From: Kudoa neothunni
Lineage: Eukaryota; Animalia; Cnidaria
Assembly (NCBI GenBank): GCA_964304625.1
Contig: OZ199839.1
Span: 7,959,166 to 8,023,165, forward strand
Direction of reading: 5' to 3'
Length of the DNA: 64,000 nucleotides
Shown here: one piece after another, positions 42,200-54,422 of the stretch
Numbering within the stretch: position 1 is the stretch's first letter
Layout of the letters: each line of letters begins with the position of its first letter
Position numbers and translations under genes: made by a program
Notes under the pieces: generated by a model
Told to the model about the DNA's origin: nothing
Databases searched by the model: none
Seen by the model: the letters and a program-made list of their open reading frames with translations, nothing else

Positions 42200-43367
42200 A
42201 CTAGCCTGAACTGCCCAGCGTTGCTTGGGGAAGGTTTCGCCTAGAGGCGTTTTTTAATATCATTCAAAAAATATATTGAAATTTCGAATTAACCCATAGA
42301 GACAAAATAACTAAAAAATGTTCAGCAACATTAACGATTTGGATTTCGAAATTTAAATCATGATCATTTCTGTGCAGGAGTGTATCAATCCTGGTTTTTA
42401 ATTAACAATTTATTGTCCTGGCGTCAACGCTAAATAATTTATTGTCAGCGTCGTATTTTCTACATTTCAGAATTATTTAAATCTCGTTAAATGTTATCTA
42501 AAACGTTATTTTTTGGCCCAGGGGATTTTTAAAAGTAGAATTCTGGGCCTGCTCGGGAACTGTGTGCACCACTAAGTTTTTAAGAGATAATAAAATAGCA
42601 AAAGTAATAAAGATAGAAGATATCGTATGAAAATTAATTGATATTACTAAAATTAGCATCGTGTGGTCCGACATAAACATTAGTGCACTTTTACCGAACT
42701 GGCAGCTTAAAATCGCTTCAATATCGACAGGAATAATTTATATAATTAGAGAGAGTAAGCTTACAACCATCTTCATTGAATTTAATCATTGAAAGTACAA
42801 CATATCGGACGATTTCAATGAAATCTACGGACATCGTGCTTGTGTTATAAAGCTTCAATCTATCTGATTATAGAATTCCTTACCAAATCGCTGTTAATTA
42901 TGCATACATAGACTTATTCTCATATTTTAAACCATTAATAGAACTTCTAAAATATACTCAGAAAGTCAAATACGTTAAAACTCTACAAATAAAGAGTGTA
43001 TTTGCACAAAACCCCAAATATACACGCCAACATTATATAAAAAGTCAGATGATATCTCTTAATTTAAATTTGACATAGTATATAAGGAGGAAAGTTAACT
43101 TCAACCGACCATCAGTAGGTCATAAGCAGATGTTAATCTCGTTACTAGACTCAAGTAATCGAATAAACAAACTTTGAATCGACAAAATCATCATTTTTTA
43201 ACACTTTTAGGGGCATTTGGTAGTGTGAAAACGATTTAAAGATTTTTTGAAACATTGTGATTTTTAAAAAATTTTATAAATATCTCCCTATACGGAAAAA
43301 ATTTGGGTGCACATGCGTACTTGCTGGCACACACACGGACACTTCAGCTTTATATATATATATATAG
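42200..43367 (+). mobile_element. Non-autonomous Helitron-like (Lep1-type ends) element
   Basis: Starts ACTAGCC...CCCAGCGTTGCTTGGG hairpin and ends CACACACGGACAC...TTTA(TA)nG. It is preceded by a similar 3' end at 42160-42200. Confidence 0.5.
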
Positions 43368-43827
43368 TGGATAGTAGATAGATTAATGTTTTTTTAATAT
43401 AACAACAAGTATTTAAACATATAGTATGTTTATTTATTTGTAACAACTTTAGTACAAAAATTATACTTTTTAAAATATTCAACCTAAATATAAGAAAATC
43501 AATCATTTAATTCAGGGATAAAATAAAATATATCCACACTAGGATAATATATAGCACCAGTTAGAAAATTTATGTTTTTATTAAAATTTTTAAATGAGGC
43601 AAACATTATTACTTCGTTAAATTATTTTTGCTTATAATTGTTTCATTAATTTTGGAGGTTCTGACAATATATAAATTCATTATTTTCCATCGGTTGTCAT
43701 GAAGATCTAATTTTCTTAATTAAATACGTTACGCAAAGTCAAAAATATGCTCAAAACATGCAGATACAAATTTATGTGCAATTCTATGTTATTTAAAATT
43801 ATTCATTGACAACTTTTTTTTAAATTA

Positions 43828-46076
43828 CCCCTCCGATGACATGGGGTAGAATCTACCCCAATGCAATTTTAAAATTCATATATCTCCTTATGTTGGAAAT
43901 GTTGGAATTTAAAATTCTATGCATTCCTGTAACATACATTTATTTTTAATTTTAGTCGAAAATATTTTTTAAATACTATATATTAAAAAATTTATTACAG
44001 GTTTCTCTCCTAAAGTACTTTGGGTTAGAAATTACCCTATCTATTCTTTTACGTTTAAATTAAAAAAAAATATAAAAAACTCTTTTAATTCATATATATA
44101 TATATATATATATATAATGTTTTTATAGGCACAATTGAAATAAATTTACATATCTCACGTCAGTTCATTGTGGTTTAATCTGCTCCATTAATAATTCATT
44201 ATAAATCTGTATGACGTAATTGTATATCAGGGTTAGACGCATTCAAGTAATTAAATATAGTTTTCGGAAAAAACATTAATTTTGGGGAATATTTATTTTG
44301 AACAATCTAAATAACTGTTTGAAGAATGTATTGGACAATAAAATTTGTAGCATTTATGGCACTATCTTGTAATTTTTGTCATTCTCTCGAGGAAAAACCT
44401 AACATCGTGCACTTTTTATGTTTACAGGTGGTTCCAGATGGGAAATATTTGCTTTACTGAGATTCCTTTTTGCTGGTACATGGGTAGAATGTTTGGCCAA
44501 CAATAGTTTATATAGTTGCTCTGCAATCTCTCTTAAGAAGGTTCTTCCATTATTCGATTCACCAAATATTTCTTTATACAATGCAAAAACACCCACCAAT
44601 GACAAGTCGACTATGCTAAAGAATACGAATAGGAGCCATCTCCTTGTAAATCAACGAACAAAAACCGATGCAAGCATCCTGTCGACGTTATCTACGCCGC
44701 CCTTAGTTTTATTATAATCCAATATTAATTGAGGTTTGAACTTAAGGTATTCTCCAGCAACATGATAATTCTGTTGCTGGAAGTTAGAAGAATCACGAAT
44801 TTACCTTTTTTTCCACATATGATAACAACATATATTTATCGTGAAACAAAAAAATGATGGAATAAAGAGGCCTTTTTCTTGAAGGTTGAAGACAAGGTGG
44901 CACCTCATTTTTGTTTTTTCACACTGCTCCCAACAACTGCAACTTTCTTTCCAACAATTTCCCCGCAAGAGGCATCGATGTGAAGAAATTATCCGCGAGA
45001 ACATTTCGGCCGTAATCAAACAAATGAGTTGTAAGGTTGAGTACGATGTTTTTACCTATGTTAGTTTGTTTGTTTGTCTCAGAATTATTGTTTCCCAAGT
45101 AAACGCTGGCATTACAAACGTGATTGGCGATTGGATCAACCAGTAGAAAAAATTCTTACCATAGTTTGCCGGCATTATGGGCATATACTGTTGGAAACGA
45201 CATCTTCCCCGGAACGGAACCAATTGTTCATCGACGGTAACATCCTCGTTCGGAGAAAAATATTTAGGTAGCATTTCAACCCACTTCTCCCATATATCAC
45301 GAATGGCACAGAATTTGTCCAACTTTTTACATTCTACTCGTGTATTACAGTTATCGAAATGCATTGCTAGGGAAATATGTTTGAAGCGCCGAAGCGAAAA
45401 TGATTGCCGATAGATTTCTCTTCCTTCCTTCTAACTGAACAACTCACCTATATGCTCCTCTCTATCCTTATGGATAGGTATGAAAATTGACAATCGTAAA
45501 CATCCCCTAATTTCTATCAAATCAAGATCGTACCATTGGTCGCCGAAATGAAGTTTTCCAAACATATTTGTAAACAAAACGATTTCGTTACTTATTTCAT
45601 AATTTTAAAATAACAAAAAACGGTCCAGTATGCTTTTTATTTTTGTTTGAGCGTAAGCAGTAGGTCCTGGGAGTGGATACATTTTACTCTCCAAACCTTT
45701 CTTTGTTGGACGAGGCTTCGAAGCGCTCCATTGAATACTATCTTTACTCGTAAGAACGTCAATACCAATGTCGATTATTTCCATTTCGTCTGAAAATTTT
45801 TCATCTTCGGAAAGTGAGCGTGGAGGTCACTTTCCGAAGAACAGAATTCATCGTACAAATCATCCGAGCCGCTCATTGAAAAAATACACGCTCGCGCCAA
45901 CAATAAATATATCACTTTATCGTGTGGTTAAAACTAAATCTGCCGGCTTGAAATCTGTTAGATTCTAATTTATAAAACTTTGTAATATGTTTCGTATTTT
46001 AAACGAAAAAAGTAGTTGGCGTATTTTTTTCCCCAAAATACTTTACACGTACATTGTTTTTGTCATCATCAAAAGG
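43828..46076 (-). mobile_element. Decayed piggyBac element
   Basis: Minus-strand pieces 45056-45364 (DKFCAIRDIW..VTVDEQLVPFRGRC) and 44399-44605. Degenerate ends CCCCTCCGATGACA ... TGTCATCATCAAAAGG|TTAA. Confidence 0.82.
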
Positions 46077-46339
46077 TTAATGAACTCAGGATGATTGCAC
46101 TACCGAAAATTTATTCATCTTGAAACTTTTAAAAACTTACGAAAAATTAAGATAAGTAAATATCAGACAACACGTAAAATATGAATAAAATATAACCAGT
46201 AGTTTTAGAGATATTCATTCCTTGAGATATAGACACTTCCAAAAATAAAACCTCCTCATCTAGATACAGTCGTTTAGTTTTATTCATAAATCGATCGAAT
46301 AGGTTCAATCAAAATACTTTAAATTAAATGAATTGAACA

Positions 46340-46742
46340 GACTCAATGACAAACTTTGATTAAATAAATTATCACTAATCGACTTTTTGAGTATTGTTTG
46401 TCAGAAAAATAGTTTTCATTCCATCGGAAAACATACCGTATCTCTATTTTAACCAAATCTGATTAACGATTTCCGGAAAGAGTATTTTCTTTTGCTGGAA
46501 CTATCCAAACCATCAGATGAAATAGAAATTGTACTCTACATTAGGTGCCCTTATTCGAATGAGGAAATTTTTCAACACATCGACAAAATTTTTGTTATAA
46601 CTTTGAAGTTTTTGAGTCAATTATAAATTTAAATAATGTATATATAATTAAATATTATTTCGATTGTTGAAAAAAATTCTGATTTGTCCGATTTTGCCCG
46701 GCAAAAATTTGGCCGCATGTCCAATCTGGGTTGACAACGCTG
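46340..46742. repeat. Dispersed repeat, probable hAT-type element end
   Basis: Similar to about 41000-41406. Both end in GGGTTG(G/A)CAA(T/C)GCTG, the reverse complement of a CAGCGTTGCCAACC-like TIR. Confidence 0.5.
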
Positions 46743-47509
46743 TTAAATATGCCATATTAGCACCAATGTCATCAGTTAACTATTTAAATTCATCAAAAAT
46801 CTGCGTATACAAAATTATTATTCCTATGGGATTAATGAAATATTCAGCTGTAAAATATTTCATTGGATTATCAAAAGACAATGATGTAGTGATACTAGCC
46901 AAAATTTTTCTTTCCTTATTTATGAATATGTTAATAGATTGTTTTTAAATAGATTTATCAGTAAAATTTCAAGTGAAGTAAAATGTTATCCTTCTTAAGA
47001 AAATAAACTTTTTTAATTCAACATTTGAGTTATTTTGTACTCTAATGGATCCCATAATTTAGAGACGACAATGAATGGTTTTACGAGTCCAAAACCTGTT
47101 GAATTTTATTAAAAAGCTTACCAAAGATTACATAATTTAACAAAATTGTCAAGGTCAAGGAAAAAATGAATCCTCTTTTCTTTTTGTTTGAAAATAGGTG
47201 AATGGAAATATATGGTGTGGAATAAAGTTTAGGTCGGATTTCCTTCTGATTATTAAGAATGTATTTAATTTCCGTGATATTCCTTTAAATTAATATTCGG
47301 GGTAATAAATTACTATCCATCAAAACATTTGTTGAGATGAATTAATATTTCCGAAATATTTGTATTGATGCTTCATTAGGTTTAAGGCGAACATTAATTC
47401 ATATATATATATATATATATATAAATATACATATATGAATTATAATCCGATAAAATTTTTGAGTTTCATATTGAACGACAACTATCGTTTTTGTCTTTTG
47501 CAAAATATA

Positions 47510-50428
47510 ATGAAAGCTTTTGTCTACCTTATGGGAATTTGTTCTTTATTATCATGTATATATCCAACTTCCAAAGAAATATTAATAATAACTTATAGCC
47601 CCTTATTTGCTTATATACACTCAAGGAGGTCAGGAAGATTCTCAAAATCCAGTTATTACTGAAGACTCTCTAACTTACAAACTTGTAAAAGCAGATAGTG
47701 ATTTTAAGGTTAATTTAATATTAAATGGAAATGGCTATCGCCCGGAGAAAAAGTGTCATATCAAAAAATCTAATGATGAAGAAACGAATCTTGTTGAAAT
47801 AAGCGAATGCACTGGTAATAATCTCAGCACGGATAATAGCAAATGTGTTTGGACATGCTCAGTAAGTGAAAATAAGCTTGGTTTTGACAAGTTTCCTCCG
47901 AGGACAAAGTATGTTGCCGTCTTTACGGATAATGAAGCAGGAACTGCAGAAACAAAAAATAGTGGTGGGGCTGTATTTGGATTAGAGTTTCGTAATTAAA
48001 GCATCTAGTATATTCAGTAAATTTTCTCTAGCATTATTGATCAATCCGCGAGTTACAATAACAAAGGAGGACAAAAAACTGAAATTTAGCACAAAAACTC
48101 GTAACTCGGTGAAATGTCCCGTATTTTACAAGGATGTGGAATTTAAAGAAGGAACATCTGGAAATACCTGCAATCATAATTGTGAAAGGGAAATGGAGTT
48201 TAATTTGATGATTCCATATTATGAAATGAAATGCGATAATTATCCTAGTTTGTTTTACAACCTGCAAAATAAATACACCCTATTAAATTTTGATGTTTAT
48301 CAACCACAATATTACGTGACCTATAGTTCGAGTGAGCCAACGAAATATATGCTAAAGTTTACAAACAAATTTCCATTTGAAATGTGTCTTTTCAGTATAA
48401 GAGATCCGTTAACAGAAATTACAGAGGCAACTACCGACGATTACACATCTAAATGTGGTTCGACAGGGAAAAAATGTTATGCACCATGTAATAATGTTGA
48501 ACTTGAGTTTTCGGCTTCCATTTCTGTTGTTGAAATATTGATTCAAACCAGGCACGTATCGTTGGTTAAAAGTGGCATCAAATATAGTGGATATATTCAG
48601 AAAAAATATGGTAATCCAAAAACATTTTAACTATGATGATCTTCTTGTAGTTGTCATTGAAACTACTGCTCCTACCTTATTGTCGGAACATTCATCTACT
48701 GGTGTTAAGTTAAATGTTCCCTTGTTTCAATCACAAACTAGTGTTAAATTTTCTGGATGTACTGTAACTTATTATGAAGCAGATAAACCTAAACCTGCTT
48801 CTGCTCCAACGGCAAAATGCGGAGGCGCCAATCAAGATTGTGATGCAACGTGCACTCCCGCTCTAACGATTACAGAACTTGGAAGTGGAAAACCATATAT
48901 TCTTGAAATTGCAGCAGGCAATACCGCTAATCCTCCTCAAGATTTCAAAGAACATATATTCTTTCGAACAGGTAATTAATAGAAAACAAATATTTTTCAA
49001 AATAGGTGTATAGAGAAAAAAGGCACTTCTACCTTTTCGGAAACAAAACCAATTGTGAAGGATACAAATGCATCAATCAAAGCAATAGATGTAATTGGTA
49101 CAATTACACATGAAGACAAAACTTGTGCTTACTATATAAGCCCTCATGGAAAGGATGTATATGTGTGTGCCATATGTGAAGATAGTTATCCTTGTAGGGG
49201 TTTTTGTAAGGATTCTCAAAAAATTATTGGGTTAATGCCCGGAACCGAATATGACCTAAAGATAGTTGCACATGAGGATTATGGAGAAAAAAAACATAAA
49301 ATTACAACGAGTATATAAATAATTGACCTCGAATTAAATAACTAATTATGTTTCAAGCATTTTCAACGCTCATACTACAATCGGAATTTATAGAAAAGGG
49401 CTTCAAAGTGACAGGTGTACTTTCAACACCACATCCTACAGCTGTTTGTCAATATAAAGTAAAAGTAAAGAAAGGGCAAGAATCCAAATTGGTCTATCAG
49501 TGCCCACCACCAGCTTCTACAACAAACACTGGCCCATCCTCCAATGCACCAAAAACTTCTAAAATAGCACTAGCTAGGACAACTAATGGACAACAACCAC
49601 AGAACGTGCCGCCTTTAAATAAAAAAACCGGAATCACCCCATGCACACAACCTCCATTGTGCACTGATATTATATTCAATGAAGGATACGAAGAAGACAA
49701 GGAATATATAGTTTTGGTTACGGTTGTCGGCAGATCTGCAGAAACTACCATCAAAATACCCATAAGTAATAAAACATCTAATTCATATCGTCTTACTTTG
49801 GTTGAGTTTTTAAAATTATTAAAGATATGTACATTAATTATTATTATACTAAATTTTAATTTAGATCCACAACCTTCCTCCAATAAGAATCCAATCAAAT
49901 TAACTGTGGTGTTTACAAGAGAAGGCGAAAACATAAAAGTTAAAACTTCTCTTCCTACAGGCGTTGATGAACAGTCATTATGTAAATGGGAATTGAAAAA
50001 TTGGGATGATCCATCCAAACCAATCGTCCAAAAATGCATGGCAACTGGTGAACAAGGTTGTTCAGCTTTTCCATCATGCAAGGAATTTTCAATTTCAAAT
50101 GTGGATAATACCAACAATTACCGTTTGAAGTTATACCATAGTACCAATAACAATATCTCTGGTTTTGTCGAGATCCAGAAAGGTAATTGATTAAATATTA
50201 TTTGTCATTATTTCTTATATTTTGATTAGATGACGAATCAAACAAATCCATGTAACATCAACTTGTTAAATTATAATTGATTTATTTTAGGTCAAAAAAT
50301 ACTATGTAATTATTGATGGAGATATTTTATTAATCAACTATTTTAGAATTATTGCTGTAGTAGTTCCAGTTCTCATCATCGTTGTGGGTGCGGGATTCTA
50401 TTTCGGATACTGGAAAAATAAAAACTAG
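47510..50428 (+). CDS. Family A type I membrane protein, copy A5 (intact, about 826 aa)
   Basis: Exons 47510-47555, 47599-47991, 48032-48610, 48651-48971, 49014-49310, 49358-49765, 49865-50182, 50230-50251, 50291-50305, 50347-50428, giving an open 2481-nt frame. FN3-type motif GLMPGTEYDLKIVA; TM IIIAVVVPVLIIVVGAGFYFGYW. Confidence 0.9.
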
Positions 50429-50727
50429 CTTTTTATTTATGAAGAATGCTTTCACAAATTGACTTACTATTTAGAGACAGTACTAATATTATATCATATG
50501 TATTAGTAATCCATCAGATTTCTTCATTACTTACTTTTAAATTCATAATTATTTAGTTTCATGAAAATTTATTTATTCGGAAATTGTATTTCTCTATTTT
50601 TTAATAAGGGAAATTAATATGATTTTTTCATGATATGAATACTTTATTTAATAGTAATAATCAACCTTTTTGGATGTATTATTTTATCTTATTACTAGTT
50701 AGTTGCAAATCCTGATATCCGTTAACC

Positions 50728-52093
50728 CAGGGATTCTCAACCGGGGCAAAATATAAATGATATGGGGTAAATTAAATGACATCAAAATTAGGCAGGGTGA
50801 ATTTTTGCATTATGGATTTGTGACGTATTTCCAGACTTCTCACGAATTATATTATTCAGGGAAATTAAACTCAATAAGAATTGGGAAAAAATTCTTAAAT
50901 TATTTTTAGGAATAAGTTCTTAACATTTATTTATAAAATTATTCCCAGTCCTTTTTAACGCCTCGTTTATCTTTTAGTGGTGTAGCTTAATAATAATACT
51001 TAAAATGACTATTCTCATGATAAATAATATTCAAGTGTCGTTAGTTTTGACTATTTTTAATTATTTCTAGTCCGTAAGAGCGAAGGATTGGGGAATAATT
51101 AATTTGATTTAGCAATATCTAAAGAATAAAATCTGTATACAGATTGTGGGTGAGTTGATGGGATTAAAAATTGTCATTATGCAAGCATACGTGTTTTTTA
51201 GGACCAGAATTTACCCCTCAAATAAACTCTGTTGTATCTGAACGAGTACAAAACCTCAAGGCGGCGTTTCTCAATTTTTTTATCGCGCCCCACTTCTTAA
51301 AAAGAAGTTAAGCATCTAATCTCTTTCAAAAGTATTGATTTTTTACTTAAACTGACGATAATTTTGAATAAAACTTCCAACCACATAAAAATTTGAAAGC
51401 AATTAATATTTACATCTTATCTCATTAAAATTAAAATGTATTCGATCAGATCTGATTTAATTTATCGATGGACCTAATAAATGAACATCTTTAGTTGTTC
51501 ATTCCGTCCAAAACAGCATCAAGTGAGACTCGTGGAAATCCAACCTTCATTAAGAAATACTTTGGTGTATACAGAGCTAATGGGCCGAAAATAAATAGTA
51601 TAAATACAAAATCAATCAATATTATATAGGTTTAATCAAAAAAATGGATATATGATTCTAAATGAGACAAGATTGAGGTTTAAACCATTCTGATTCTATT
51701 CGGATAAGAGCACGTTAAATATTTTTATTCATTTGTATATAATTGATCATTGCATTTCATATTTTTTATGATATTAATCGCCACTCAATAATCAGCAATA
51801 TCGAAAATCGCGATATTGGCTTTAAAGTACGTCATACTGCCAAATTATCTCACCACTATCCATGTCACACCAATACTCAGGATTTTCCGCGTTTCGCCAG
51901 AGTGCTTCATTAAACATTCAAAAATTTCGATGCCACATCAAAATTTTTTCACGTCCCACCGGTAGGGCGTGGAACTCATGTTGAGAAACTCAGCTTTAAG
52001 GTAAATATGAATTTGGCTTTCAAGTTAGAGGGTAATTTTCGATTTTTCATCAGACTCAAGGGGTAAATTTGAAAAAATGGTTGAGAACCTCTG
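50728..52093. mobile_element. Non-autonomous hAT element (duplicate of 19778-21142)
   Basis: TIRs CAGGGATTCTCAACC / GGTTGAGAACCTCTG; TSD CGTTAACC / CCTTAACC. Confidence 0.8.
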
Positions 52094-52099
52094 CCTTAA

Positions 52100-54422
52100 C
52101 CCATTCCGGGTTTTCATCCCCTTTTCAGCCCCTCATTGTTGTCTCTCTAAGAATGGTAATAATTCGTCGATGAGTATTATTTCAGTATATATCACGTAAT
52201 TATCCATTAGGAATGTAATTAAAAATTAAGATCCAATTATAAATTTGTATCTTTCGAGATTACGTACTATACAATAATTATGGTATACTGGGGTAGAAAA
52301 AGAAGACTAATTACTTAAAAATAGAAAATTTATAATTCAAAAAGATTAGATAAATGATATTGTTTCAAAATTTGTCAAATCGTCATTGGGGGAAAGAAAC
52401 ATAAGCAATATATTGCAGTGCCCAAAAGGGAACGAAGAACCACCAGCGTGCAAGATTTCAATTAGTCTGTTACTCAGCCTTGTACTTACAACGTTATAAT
52501 GAGATACACAAATTTAATTAATTTCGTCCATGATAATTAAAATGATGATGGTTTTCTAAACTCCATTGATTTTGTGACGTTACCTCCAGATAATGTTGAT
52601 ATTTTGGCTGATGAAGAAGGTCCCTTTATTTCAAGAGATTGTGACAACATTGACATTAGAACCGTCCCAGAAATATGCGGTGCAATAGAACTTTCTCGTA
52701 TATTCATAATGAACCATTAAATGATAATATTTGTGCCACATAGTGTAAAATATCTCAATCAGATGATTCATCTGTAATTACCACTGAATGCCTACCAGTT
52801 CCTCAAAATAAATATACTATTATGCACGATGACTCAGTCATTAGATATGAATCCTACGAAACATTCTTAAAATTTTTCGATGAAAATTTGCTCTTACATA
52901 TTGTTAGAGACATATAATTACGCACAACAAAAGAATGATCACACGTTTCACTTAACCATAAAAGAACTTGAATCTTTTATTGGTATTTTATTATTATAGG
53001 GCTACAATCGATTATCTCAGCAACATATGTATTGGAGAGTGTTAATGGATTCTGGGGTTGAAATCGTAAAATGGTTGATGACCTATAAAAGATTCTAGTT
53101 GATAAAACGACATCTCCACTTTAATTATAATTCAAACACGATACAGACGATAAGCTGTTCAAGACCAATAATTCGAAAATTGAACGAAAATTTGGATATT
53201 TCCACGAAAACTTGTCTGTTGATGAACGTATGGTTCTATATAATGGTCACCATTCCTGAAAAATGTAAATAAAGGGAAAACCCGACCGTTTCGATTTCAA
53301 GCAGTGGGGTTTGCCACCTTCTGATGGATATGTGAATAGTTTTATTGTATATACAGGTATGCCTAAAATATACAACAAGAATTTTGGCCTAAGTGGAAGC
53401 ATCGTACTAAATTTTGTCGATGAGCTAAATGATAGAGGAATTTTCCATGTCTACTTCGACAATTTCTTCACCTCTTACAAATAATTTGTTGGATTAAAAA
53501 GAAGAGGTGTTAATGCTACTGGAACAGTGAGGATGAACCGAACGTCGAACCGTTCCTTGATGACTCCGTAATTAATAAGTAAAAACCACCGAGGCTATCA
53601 TGAATATTTCAAATATTCTATGACTGAATCAACTGTAGTCAATGGAAAGATACGAATCCTGTTACTCTTCTTAGTAACTCGCTTACTGTTGAAACAATCC
53701 AGAATGTGAAGCGTTTCTGCTGAACAAAAAGGCGCCATGTATCGATCGTGCAGCCTCAAATTTGTCGTACGTACAAGTATATGGATGGCGTTTATACCGT
53801 AGACAATTCCTTATTTTTCTACAGAATATGAATTCGCTTGAAAAATTGGTATTGGTCTCTTTTTACTAACATGATATCGCTCGCAGCAGTTAATTCATGA
53901 AGAATGTTTAATTACCAAAGACAAGAAAAAATCATCTTATTAAATAACGTTAGATACATCGCAGCTAATTTGATCAATATAGATGATTCTGAAAAAAACC
54001 CCCTCGATCATCCATCGTAAATACTCATGCTGCGTCATTGTGTAGTCGACCTATGATGAGCACTAATGCTGAGAAAAAGAGACGATGTGTTGCATATAAA
54101 AAGAAGACCATCTACTTTCGTCAAGATTATCAAAATTATATTCGTGTTAGATGCTCGATTGATTTTCATATTCAAAAGTAGTTTGCTCTCTTATCGATAT
54201 AACACCGCTGATTTTTCGCACGTTTTGTGACACAACGTTTAATCAGAAAATCGCACGTCGGTTGATTTCCATTCCCTTTTCGGCCTTTTGGTAATTTTGC
54301 AGTTTTCCAATAAAAATTTAATTTTTAATTAATAATAATTTAACATAACAATTAAAAAATTATTTTAAACGTATATTTCCAATTTTAAGGAAATTAAAAT
54401 ATTGGACCCGGCCCGGAATCGA
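52100..54422 (+). mobile_element. Decayed piggyBac element (duplicate of 21149-23425)
   Basis: TTAA|CCCATTCCGGG...CCCGGAATCGA|TTAA with the same broken transposase. Confidence 0.82.

Noticed and set aside
50410-50428. Tail lysines as an ER-retrieval or signalling motif
   Set aside because: WKNKN* and TKK* do not fit KKxx/KxKxx spacing and are too short for ITAM/ITIM motifs.
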